Origin: Pseudomonadota bacterium
GTDB lineage: Bacteria > Desulfobacterota > Binatia > Binatales > Binataceae
Assembly: GCA_021325355.1 (NCBI GenBank)
Contig: JAJPHI010000009.1
Coordinates: 387,144 to 451,143, forward strand
Length of the DNA: 64,000 nt
Direction of reading: 5' to 3'
The position numbers and the translations under genes were made by a program. A model generated the notes under the pieces. It ran no database searches and was not told where the DNA came from. It saw only the letters and a program-made list of their open reading frames with translations. This document shows positions 1-8,307 of this stretch, one piece after another (position 1 is the stretch's first letter; each line of letters opens with the position of its first letter).

Positions 1-572
1 ATAGCCTGCTTCGCGCCCGCGACTTGCCGCCGCCGGCACCGGTTATGCGCCGGCTTCGCCGCACCTCCGGGTGACTCGCGACTGCCGCCGGCGCCGTTCC
101 GCGTCATTTTTGCGCTCTCATCGACGAGACCGGCGGAACGTCACCGCCCGCAGCCGCGCCGCAAATCTCGTCCGCCGCTTTCGGCTGAAAGCGCTCAGCT
201 CTCGCCCGCAAGATTCGCGGGAATTCGGCCAATCCGCCGCTCGCGGTCATAGACCGTGCGCCAACTGAACGGCGACTTGCCGTTGCATCGCTCACACAGC
301 CCGACGCTCGACGCCATCATATTGGCGACTGCATAGAGCATCCCGCAGCCGACGCATCGCTGCTGCACCCGCGCGTTGGGTTTCGGGCGTCTCACCGGGA
401 GCGATCCTTCCGGCCTTCGCATGGTTGGCTGACGGTAATTGCGCTCGATTACCCGCCTATCACGCGACTGTGATGCTGGCGTTAAGGCCTTCTTGGCCGA
501 TGCTGCTTCAGTTTTGCTTACTGAAATATTTCACCCTTATGCCTTCGGCGAATTTCTGAAAAATCGTCGGGC

Positions 573-1010
573 ATGTTGAACCATGCCCAATTTGCGTGGA
601 GTGCTCGCAGAAAACTCCTCTTCACTCTTGCTGTAGCAGTCTTCGCTCCGCCAGCGGTTTATGCCGGCAATGCGATTAATCAGGCAACCACCGGCCAACC
701 CGGCACGGCCGTGGTGATTTCGAACACCGCGCCGACGGAGCTGCTGGCGGCAAACCGCGCGCGCTACGGCTGGACGATTTACTGTGCCGGCACCGCCGGT
801 GGTATCGCGGCGATGGTGATGCCGGGCGATTCGGCCGGCGACCCGGCAAGCCCCGCCCCATCCCAGACCGTCGGTTTTCCGGTTCCCGCCAATGTCCTGA
901 TGACCGACCAGGATTTTCCGCTGCGCGGCCTTGACGCGATCCATCAACGTCTCGATGCGGAAGCGCAGGGGAGCGCACCGGTCAGTTGCTACACCTGGGA
1001 GGAGCAATAA
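573..1010 (+). CDS. Small secreted hypothetical protein (N-terminal hydrophobic signal-like segment), first gene of a tightly packed plus-strand operon
   Basis: ORF begins just after a local AT-rich stretch (about 480-570). The N-terminus 'RKLLFTLAVAVFAPPAVYAG' resembles a signal peptide. It ends 3 nt before the next gene. No recognisable family. Confidence 0.4.
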   Translation: MLNHAQFAWSARRKLLFTLAVAVFAPPAVYAGNAINQATTGQPGTAVVISNTAPTELLAANRARYGWTIYCAGTAGGIAAMVMPGDSAGDPASPAPSQTVGFPVPANVLMTDQDFPLRGLDAIHQRLDAEAQGSAPVSCYTWEEQ

Positions 1011-1013
1011 GCG

Positions 1014-2702
1014 ATGCTGGTCCGACGAAATCCACTGCTCCGCCGCGCCAGCGCTTGCCCCGCCCCGCCCTATCGCCCGCTGGCGAGCTTTCTTCTGCCC
1101 GCGCTCCTCGTCGCGATTTTCGGCGTTCCGTCGGCAATGGCGGCCCCGTGGGGCAACGGCGCCGGCGGCGGTGGCGGCGGCGCCTCCGGCAAGGTCAACT
1201 CGGGAGCTTCGGGCCAGCTCGGCTACTACTCGGGCAGCGGCACGACGATTTCCGGAACGACGATCGGCGGCGACTGTACTTTCGCGGCACCCAGCACCTT
1301 CACCTGCACCAAAACCAACGGCGTAAGCTTCGCCCCGTCGGCCACGATCAATACGACCAACGCGTCGAATATCAGTGCCGGCACGCTCAGCGCCGCACGC
1401 CTTCCGGCACTTGGCGGCGATACCACATCCGTAGCCGGCTCCGCGGTCACCACCACCCAGCAGGTGCATCTTCATACCCGCGCGATTACCGGAACAGGCA
1501 CCGCGGATACGGCTTCGTGCAGCACCGATCAGGTAATCACGATCAATTCGACCGGCGGCAACTTTATCGAGAATCTGCCCGCCACCACCGGGCTGCCGCC
1601 GAACTGTTCCTTCCTGATTATCAACCTGATGACTTCCGCCAACGTCACGATCACGCCGAATGCCGCAAACGGCGACAAACTTAACGGCGCTTCAAGCTAT
1701 GTTTTGGCGCCGCCCAATCGCGCCACCTGGATACAGTTCGTCGCTCCCAACAGTTGGTCAATCATCGCCGATACTCCGGCCGGCGGCGGCGATGTTGCCG
1801 GTTCGAATCAGAGCTGGCTCGTCACCGGTCTGAACGGCGTGCCGATGCAGGGGGCGCTGGCCAAAGCCAACGCGGTCTGGTGCTACGACGGCTCGGCCCA
1901 CATGGTCGAGTGCGATCTCGCCCAGTATCCCCAAGTCGTCCTCAACAACGATCCGACTACCGGCACCACCCTGAACACGCTGACCAAGATTCAGTCCGGT
2001 AATGCAATTATCGCGGCGACCACGGATTCAGCCGGGATGGTCGGGATTACCGTCGCGGGCGCCGGCAAGAGCGGCGCCGCCACTATCCAACTGACTGGTC
2101 TGGCGACCTGCGTCTTCGATAATTCCACCACGGCGGGCGATTTTGTCGGGATCAGCGCCAGCGTCCCGGGGGATTGTCACGACGCGGGCGCCAACGCCGG
2201 CGCGCTGCTCCAGTCGCAGAAAATCGGCAAGGTTCTCGCCACCAATTCTGGACCGGGCGCGTATCAAATCATGCTCTATCCGGTCGGCGAAAACGTTCGG
2301 ACTCAGGTCGATTATGGGTCTCAGGGCGCGAGCGCGGCGCCGACCACCAGCGGCGGCTCGGCTTACTTCAATCTCCAGGGCCCGCTCTCCAGCGCCACCG
2401 AGGCCAACGTCAACAACGGTCCGGTGCCGGCCAATCACGTCTTCAGCAATCTGTGTTGCGTCTCGACGGTCGCTTCCGGCAGCGCCGTCAATTGGTCCGT
2501 CGTTCTGCGGGCGAACGGCACCGTTCCGTCGGGCGAGCCCAACGTCACCCTGAGCAACACCACGGCGCCGGTGTGCGACACCATCGATACCTACACCAGC
2601 TCGGCCGCCGGCACTGATCTGCTCGACCTGAAGATCACCTGTAACGGCGGTACCTGCGCCTCCGGCAGTCTGGTCCGCTGCTCCACGCTCGAAACCTACT
2701 GA
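1014..2702 (+). CDS. Large secreted Gly/Ser/Thr/Asn-rich protein, possible beta-structured adhesin or tail-fibre-like protein
   Basis: Sec-type signal (basic N-terminus, hydrophobic core, 'AMA|AP'). Poly-Gly tract 'GNGAGGGGGGASG'. Highly T/S/G/N-rich with many Cys. Motif 'NISAGTLSAARLP' is reminiscent of phage tail-fibre proteins. No enzymatic motifs. Confidence 0.6.
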   Translation: MLVRRNPLLRRASACPAPPYRPLASFLLPALLVAIFGVPSAMAAPWGNGAGGGGGGASGKVNSGASGQLGYYSGSGTTISGTTIGGDCTFAAPSTFTCTKTNGVSFAPSATINTTNASNISAGTLSAARLPALGGDTTSVAGSAVTTTQQVHLHTRAITGTGTADTASCSTDQVITINSTGGNFIENLPATTGLPPNCSFLIINLMTSANVTITPNAANGDKLNGASSYVLAPPNRATWIQFVAPNSWSIIADTPAGGGDVAGSNQSWLVTGLNGVPMQGALAKANAVWCYDGSAHMVECDLAQYPQVVLNNDPTTGTTLNTLTKIQSGNAIIAATTDSAGMVGITVAGAGKSGAATIQLTGLATCVFDNSTTAGDFVGISASVPGDCHDAGANAGALLQSQKIGKVLATNSGPGAYQIMLYPVGENVRTQVDYGSQGASAAPTTSGGSAYFNLQGPLSSATEANVNNGPVPANHVFSNLCCVSTVASGSAVNWSVVLRANGTVPSGEPNVTLSNTTAPVCDTIDTYTSSAAGTDLLDLKITCNGGTCASGSLVRCSTLETY

Positions 2703-2742
2703 GCAGTTCGCGGCCGCGACTGCGTCCAAGGATACCCGACCA

Positions 2743-4092
2743 ATGGAACTCTCCGGATTCCGCTGCGCCGACCCGCGACTCAGCTCCGCGCACCGCGCGC
2801 GGCCACGTCATTCGAAGTTCGCCCTGCGATGGCTCCGACGCGGACTGCTGACCGCGCTGCTCGTCGTCGCCGTGGTTCTGCCGCTTCGCGCCGCCTCAGG
2901 ACCGCTCACCTCGGCCCAGGGATGGGTGGCGGCGCTGATCGATTCGCCTGCCGCCTTTTACACCCCAAATCCCGCCTTCACTCCCGGCTTCGAGATGGGG
3001 CTGTACCAGGGCACGAATGTGCTGGCCACCGCTTCCGCGCCGCACGACGCCAAACTTAAAAGCGCCGCTGCGGCGGTCGTCCCCTTATGTCAGAACGGCA
3101 ACCCGCCGAGCGGCTCCTGCGCCGAGGGCGGAGCCGGCAAAATCGGCGTCGCCCATATCGGCTTCTCGGTTTCGATCCAACAGACCTGCACCGGACCGAA
3201 CCATGCCAACGGTCTGGTCGCGCCGACTCCCTCAGCCTGCGCGACCGGCACCGCCGACTATACGCTCTACCAGGATCAGCAGGGCGCGACGCCCACCATC
3301 GCGCCGACGGTCTACTTTGCCGATTGTGCGCAGCCCTCGGCCACGATGGATAAATGGGCGGCGCAGATAGGTATCAACTCTCAAACCACCGCTCCCTATT
3401 GGTACAACTGCGTAAATACCGTTCTGCCCAACGAGGGGCTGGTCGCCAACCAGATTGAGGCGGTCACGATCGAAGCTGCCGCCGGTTCACCGTCCGCGGG
3501 CTTTTCCTCGATGTCCTCGTTGTCCCATACGCCGTGCCAGGCCGGTGACGAGGCCACCGTCGCTGCCTGCTATGGGGAACAACAGACCGGCATCGTCCTG
3601 CGCGAGCTTTTTCAGCAGTGGCCGCATCTGAAGATCGCCTACCTGTATTCGCGCGCCTACGGCGGATGCGCGGCGGCGGGCACGCTCAATCCCGAACCCT
3701 ATGCCTACGAAGACGGCTTTACCGTCCAGTTCCTGATTCAGGCGCAGATTCGCCAGGCCGACAACAACGGTCCGCAAGACAGCGAGGCCGGCAATCTTGC
3801 CTACAGCGTCGTTCCGGCACTCTCGTGGGGCGGCTATCAATGGGCCAACGGCACGACGCCCAACAGTGAAGGCCTGTCGTGGCCCTGCACTGACTTCACC
3901 ACGACTGACCAGACGCATTTCGTCAACGGCGGTTACCAGAACTCGGCAAATACCATGATCAATTTCTTTCTCGGCACGAGCGTCACCGGCGCCAACCATC
4001 AGGCGTACACCGGATGGATCCGCCCGAATGGCGCGACGCCCGCTCCCACCGCCTCCTCCACTCCCACCATGCTCTTCTCGTTTCACCGCTAA
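2743..4092 (+). CDS. Secreted Cys-rich hypothetical protein
   Basis: Hydrophobic signal-like segment 'LLTALLVVAVVLPLRAASGP'. 449 aa with many Cys, Trp and Tyr, and no recognisable catalytic motif. Start codon uncertain. Confidence 0.5.
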   Translation: MELSGFRCADPRLSSAHRARPRHSKFALRWLRRGLLTALLVVAVVLPLRAASGPLTSAQGWVAALIDSPAAFYTPNPAFTPGFEMGLYQGTNVLATASAPHDAKLKSAAAAVVPLCQNGNPPSGSCAEGGAGKIGVAHIGFSVSIQQTCTGPNHANGLVAPTPSACATGTADYTLYQDQQGATPTIAPTVYFADCAQPSATMDKWAAQIGINSQTTAPYWYNCVNTVLPNEGLVANQIEAVTIEAAAGSPSAGFSSMSSLSHTPCQAGDEATVAACYGEQQTGIVLRELFQQWPHLKIAYLYSRAYGGCAAAGTLNPEPYAYEDGFTVQFLIQAQIRQADNNGPQDSEAGNLAYSVVPALSWGGYQWANGTTPNSEGLSWPCTDFTTTDQTHFVNGGYQNSANTMINFFLGTSVTGANHQAYTGWIRPNGATPAPTASSTPTMLFSFHR

Positions 4093-4096
4093 GCCG

Positions 4097-4900
4097 ATGA
4101 AAATCAGCGCTGTCATAGTCTCAGTCGATTACGGCGATATCCTCGTCTGGACCCTGCGGGAAAATCGTCACGTCTTCGACCGGCTCGTCGTCGTCACCAG
4201 CCCGCGCGATTTCCGTACCCGTCGCGTCTGCGAGCACTTCCATATCCGGTGCGAAGTCACCAGTGCCTTTTATGCGGGCGCATCGGGGGTGGATCTGCTC
4301 GCCTTCAACAAGGCGGCCGGCATCAACCACGGCCTGCGTCAGTTGATGCAGGAGCGCCCCCCGGACCGCGACGATTGGTACGTCCATCTCGACGCCGATA
4401 TCGTCCTGCCGCCGCGCACTCGCGAACTGCTGCACAAGGTCGATCCCGACCCCGCGTGTATCTACGGCATCGACCGCATGATGTGCACGTCGTTCGATGA
4501 CTATCTGCGTTATGCGGCGCTGCCGGCGCCGCAGCATCAGAACCAGATCTTCGTCCGCGCCGACGCCTTTCCGCTCGGCGTGCGCGTGGCGCGGCTTGAT
4601 CCCGACGGCAGCGGCTATGTCCCGATCGGTTTCTTCCAGATGTGGAACCCGGTCGGCTCGGGCGTGACTGACTATCCGCAATATCACCAGTCAGCCGCCC
4701 GCTCGGACATGCTGTTTGCACTCCGATGGCCCCGGCGCCGCCGACACCTCATCCCCGAGATTGTCGCGACCCATCTCGAGTCCGAAGTCTCGCCGATGGG
4801 CCAGAACTGGAACGGCCGCCGCAGTTGTTCTTTCGGTCCGCCGCCCGCGTCCTCGATTCTCGAACCAAATCCGCAACCTTATGAATGTGAGAGGCAATAA
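4097..4900 (+). CDS. GT-A fold glycosyltransferase-like protein (family-2-like)
   Basis: Internal ATG giving N-terminus 'MKISAVIVSVDYGD', typical of the GT2 N-terminal strand. DXD-like 'HLDADIV' motif. The ORF track 5' extension (from 4028) is Pro-rich and probably untranslated. Confidence 0.5.
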   Translation: MKISAVIVSVDYGDILVWTLRENRHVFDRLVVVTSPRDFRTRRVCEHFHIRCEVTSAFYAGASGVDLLAFNKAAGINHGLRQLMQERPPDRDDWYVHLDADIVLPPRTRELLHKVDPDPACIYGIDRMMCTSFDDYLRYAALPAPQHQNQIFVRADAFPLGVRVARLDPDGSGYVPIGFFQMWNPVGSGVTDYPQYHQSAARSDMLFALRWPRRRRHLIPEIVATHLESEVSPMGQNWNGRRSCSFGPPPASSILEPNPQPYECERQ

Positions 4901-4903
4901 AGC

Positions 4904-5680
4904 ATGATTGCAGGAAAACTCGGCAAACGTCCCGCCCGTCGCGACTTCCGCACGCTGCGTATCAGCAACTATCTGCGCCGTCTGCCCCCGCCGCGTCCCG
5001 ATGGCGTCGACTGGGGTGCGGCCGTGCGCAAGGATCACCTCGCGCTCGGGATGCTCGGCAACGACCAGTACGGCGATTGCTTCTGGGCGATGGCCGCGCA
5101 TGCCTTCATCACCTGGAACGCCAACGCCGGTCGCAAGGTTGAATTCACCACCGATGCGGTACTCAATGCGTACTGCGCCTACCTCGGTATCCCGCGCAGC
5201 CAGCTCAATGATCAGACCGACAACGGCACCGTGATGCTCGACGGGCTCAAGTTCCTGCGCACCACCGGACTCGTTGACGCCTCCGGCAAGGTGCACAAAA
5301 TCGGCGCCTTCGCCGCCGTCGATGCCAAAAACGAGACGGAGGTCAGGGTCGCGCTCGATCTCTTCGGCGAGCTGCTCATCGGCGTCGAATTCCCCGGAGC
5401 GTGGATGAACACCAACGTCTGGGACGTCACCTCGGACGCTGTCGCAGGCGGGCATGCGATCAACGGCATTGCCCGCGACCTCAAGGGTGCGCCGGCGGTC
5501 GGTATCAATATCGATACCTGGGGCGCGGACAACTATTGGCTCACCTGGCCGGCCCTCGCGCAGTTCTGTGACGAGCTTTACGTCACCGTGCCGACGGACT
5601 GGATCGAGGACAACGGTCGCGCGCCGAGCGGACTCGATCTGAAGGCGCTGCTCGCGGACCTTGCCGCGGTCACCGCCTGA
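4904..5680 (+). CDS. Papain-like (C1-like) cysteine peptidase, cytoplasmic (no signal peptide)
   Basis: 'QYGDCFWAMAAHA' resembles the Q...C-x-W-A catalytic Cys region of papain. 'GGHAINGIA' is a candidate catalytic His. 'NIDTWGADNYW' resembles the papain N-S-W-G oxyanion/Asn region. Starts 4 nt after the previous stop. Confidence 0.55.
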   Translation: MIAGKLGKRPARRDFRTLRISNYLRRLPPPRPDGVDWGAAVRKDHLALGMLGNDQYGDCFWAMAAHAFITWNANAGRKVEFTTDAVLNAYCAYLGIPRSQLNDQTDNGTVMLDGLKFLRTTGLVDASGKVHKIGAFAAVDAKNETEVRVALDLFGELLIGVEFPGAWMNTNVWDVTSDAVAGGHAINGIARDLKGAPAVGINIDTWGADNYWLTWPALAQFCDELYVTVPTDWIEDNGRAPSGLDLKALLADLAAVTA

Positions 5681-5688
5681 CTCGGCAT

Positions 5689-5892
5689 ATGAAAGCACTT
5701 GCTTCGCTGTTGAGTGACCTCAAGACCAGTTGCGCCGGTATCGCCCTCATCGCGATCACCGTGCTCTTTCTCACCGGCCGTCTCGGGGTCAATCAGTATC
5801 TCGCCGCGGTGGGCGCGCTCGCCGGCGGCGGCCTCGTGATGGCGAAAGATGCTTCGCCGGTAACGCCGGAGCAGAAGAAGGAACTGAAATGA
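5689..5892 (+). CDS. Small single-pass membrane protein (holin-like or i-spanin-like topology)
   Basis: 67 aa with one strongly hydrophobic segment 'GIALIAITVLFLTG' and a charged C-terminus 'PEQKKELK'. Its stop overlaps the next start (ATGA at 5889-5892). Confidence 0.5.
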   Translation: MKALASLLSDLKTSCAGIALIAITVLFLTGRLGVNQYLAAVGALAGGGLVMAKDASPVTPEQKKELK

Positions 5893-6281
5893 ATACAGCT
5901 CTTGCCAAATTGACTATCGCGTCGCTGCTCTGCCTGACGCTGCTGTCGCTCGGATGCGCCACCCAAAACGCCGGCATCACCTGGCCCATCAGCATCGGTG
6001 GTCAGCAAATCCTGGTTAACTCCGCGCCGGTCCTGACCATGCAGGCCGAGCAATCCTGCAACGCCCAGGCGCAGGTCGAGTACAATCTGAACGTCGCCGC
6101 CTGCGAGGGCAAGCTCGCCCCGCTCTTCCCGGTGCAGTTCGCCGGCGTCAACGCGCAGGCGCAGGTTCTCTGCCAGGCCTTCGGCTACACCAACTCGAGC
6201 GGCCAGCTTGCCGTGCCCGAGACCATCCAGTTGGGCGGATGCGCCACCGCGGCCAGCACGGTCAAACGCCGCACGTCCTAA
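5889..6281 (+). CDS. Lipoprotein (signal peptide with lipobox 'LSLGC')
   Basis: Internal ATG at 5889 gives 'MNTALAKLTIASLLCLTLLSLGCATQNAG', a classic lipoprotein signal plus Cys. Gln/Ala-rich mature part with paired Cys. Translationally coupled to the upstream small TM gene. Confidence 0.55.
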   Translation: MNTALAKLTIASLLCLTLLSLGCATQNAGITWPISIGGQQILVNSAPVLTMQAEQSCNAQAQVEYNLNVAACEGKLAPLFPVQFAGVNAQAQVLCQAFGYTNSSGQLAVPETIQLGGCATAASTVKRRTS

Positions 6282-6320
6282 CGCTGCGCTGAGCCGACCT
6301 GCGCGGTGAAATCGCCATCC

Positions 6321-8195
6321 TCACGCCGGAGCAGCCGCGAACTGATCGTTGCCTTCACCGCGCAGGATCGCATCGAAACGCAGCCCGCCGAGATACTGGC
6401 GGCGCGCCTCTTCGTCGGTGATCACGCTCCGGCGCACGTCGCGGCGGCGGATCTGCCACACTCCCCCGACCATCGGATGGCGCCCCTGGCGATAGCTGAA
6501 GAAGTAATACGACCATTGCCGCCACAGCGCGCGGCGCGCTTCGGCCGAAAGGCCCCGACCGCTCGCGACCGACAGGATCATGCTCAGCAGCCGGCCCAGT
6601 GAATAGAAGCCGGTGAAAGCGTCGCGGTACGCCTGATACCAGGTGTAGGTATCCATCTTCTCGTGCCGCAGCGTCACATGCTGCGAGTCCAGATTATTGA
6701 AGTCCCAGTCGATTATCTGGCCCTCTTTCGCGTATCGCACCTGATCTTCGGTGCCGGGCAGCGGCGTCATGATAAAAAACGACACCATGTCGAAGCCGAT
6801 CTTGCGCAGCATCTGCGCCGCGACCCGCCCGCAGTCCGGACCGTCAAACGGGAATCCCAGCATATAGCCGGCATGCACTGACACGCCCACCCGATGCCAG
6901 TTTTCGACGACTCGGCGGTACTTGTGCAGCACCCGCCGCTTGGCATCTTCGAGGCTCATCCGATGCTGCCGGTCTTCGGTGTTCTGATATTTCGTGGCGT
7001 GATTCAGATTGTCCGGATTGAGCGACTCGATACCGACGAACGCCTGGTAACAGCCCGCCCGCGCCGCGAGCTCCGTAAAGCGCCGGCTTCGGCGATGCTT
7101 GGCCGTCTCGGTTTCGCCCGGTTCCAGGTTCGCGAAGCACGACGCATCGACGTCCACCTGCATCATGAACGAGAAGCGCGGAAACTCCTTGCGTACTTCA
7201 ATCAGTCCCGTGAGAATTTCTTCCCATCGCGGACTGCGGAAAAAATCGTCGTCCACCAAAAACAGCGACTCGATCCCATGATGGCGCGCGGCGTCGCGCA
7301 CCCAGTTGACCACCGCCCCCGGTTCGCGCGATCGCATCGTGCGCCCCATCACATTCTTCACGCTGCAGTAAGAGCAGGTGAACGGACAGCCGCGCGACGT
7401 ATCCAGCGTGGTCATCGTCGTCGTGAAGAACCGCGACAGATAGCGATCATCGATCGTCGGTAACTGCGCGTCGGTTATCACCGGCACGATGATGTCGTCC
7501 TGGCCGGTCTTGGCGCGAATCCCATCGACCACCGCGTAGTTCAGTTTGAGTTCACCGCGCAGAAAATCCTCGATCAGCTCGGCCCAGATCGTTTCGGCCT
7601 CACCGACGATGGTCGTGATACCGCAACTGTTCAGGAATTCGCGCGACTGCGGATAACCGCTGACGTGAAATCCGCCCATCATGGTCGGGATCTGCTTCGC
7701 CACGAACTGCAGCGCCAAATCACGACCGCGCGCATATTGGTTCGACTGCACTCCCGCCAGTCCCACCAATAATTCCACCCCGTCCTCGATCGCTTTTTCT
7801 TTGATCGCGACGATCGTCTCCGGCGTCACCACGCCGTCGCACAACTCGTCCCAGATGACCGTCTCGAGCACCACGTTGCGCTCGGCGCCGCGTTGCTGAT
7901 TGAGCGTATCGTTAAGCGCCTTCAGCACCGTCAGCGTGTTATTCGGCTGCACGCCGTAGCGAAAGAATTGAACATAGCCCTCTTCGTCGTAACGCGAGGG
8001 CTTGATGAAATACACGCGGACCGTCCGGCACGGTTCGGCCCGCAGCGCATCGCTGCCCGCCGCCGATGCCGGCCCCGTCAATTGCAACGGTCGCTTGCTG
8101 TCGCGATGGGTATAACGTTCGTGACCGATCATGAACCAGAGCAGAGTTCCGCAACCGATCAGAACCAGGCTCAGGATAGTAAACGCCAGAATCAT
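6321..8195 (-). CDS. B12-binding domain radical SAM protein (class B) with N-terminal transmembrane anchor
   Basis: CxxxCxxC 'RGCPFTCSYCS' radical-SAM motif preceded by a cobalamin-binding-like N-domain. The first about 22 aa, 'MILAFTILSLVLIGCGTLLWFMI', are hydrophobic. Confidence 0.8.
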   Translation of the reverse strand: MILAFTILSLVLIGCGTLLWFMIGHERYTHRDSKRPLQLTGPASAAGSDALRAEPCRTVRVYFIKPSRYDEEGYVQFFRYGVQPNNTLTVLKALNDTLNQQRGAERNVVLETVIWDELCDGVVTPETIVAIKEKAIEDGVELLVGLAGVQSNQYARGRDLALQFVAKQIPTMMGGFHVSGYPQSREFLNSCGITTIVGEAETIWAELIEDFLRGELKLNYAVVDGIRAKTGQDDIIVPVITDAQLPTIDDRYLSRFFTTTMTTLDTSRGCPFTCSYCSVKNVMGRTMRSREPGAVVNWVRDAARHHGIESLFLVDDDFFRSPRWEEILTGLIEVRKEFPRFSFMMQVDVDASCFANLEPGETETAKHRRSRRFTELAARAGCYQAFVGIESLNPDNLNHATKYQNTEDRQHRMSLEDAKRRVLHKYRRVVENWHRVGVSVHAGYMLGFPFDGPDCGRVAAQMLRKIGFDMVSFFIMTPLPGTEDQVRYAKEGQIIDWDFNNLDSQHVTLRHEKMDTYTWYQAYRDAFTGFYSLGRLLSMILSVASGRGLSAEARRALWRQWSYYFFSYRQGRHPMVGGVWQIRRRDVRRSVITDEEARRQYLGGLRFDAILRGEGNDQFAAAPA

Positions 8196-8307
8196 GAATC
8201 TTCCTTTTGCTGCTCGGGCCTTCGAAGCCTCGCAATATCTCTAACCGAACGGTCAGAAAAAATTAAGGGCCCCCTGTGTAATAAATCGTCGGCGCATGAA
8301 TTGCCGA

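Noticed and set aside
195-422. 75-aa minus-strand ORF with two CxxC pairs (CVGCG...CERCNG), zinc-ribbon-like
   Set aside because: No RBS or known family recognised. It lies in a high-GC stretch at the window edge with other overlapping ORFs. Kept as unassigned rather than called.
537-1475. 312-aa minus-strand ORF antisense to the first operon genes. Similar long antisense or shadow ORFs occur at 20133-21263, 25729-27051, 27114-28889, 43056-43826, 48585-50159, 50813-52021, 52626-53507, 57438-59714 and 12304-13605.
   Set aside because: They are Arg/Ala/Gly-rich low-complexity translations typical of stop-codon-poor alternative frames in a high-GC genome. Each overlaps a gene with clear family signatures on the other strand, and none has recognisable motifs.
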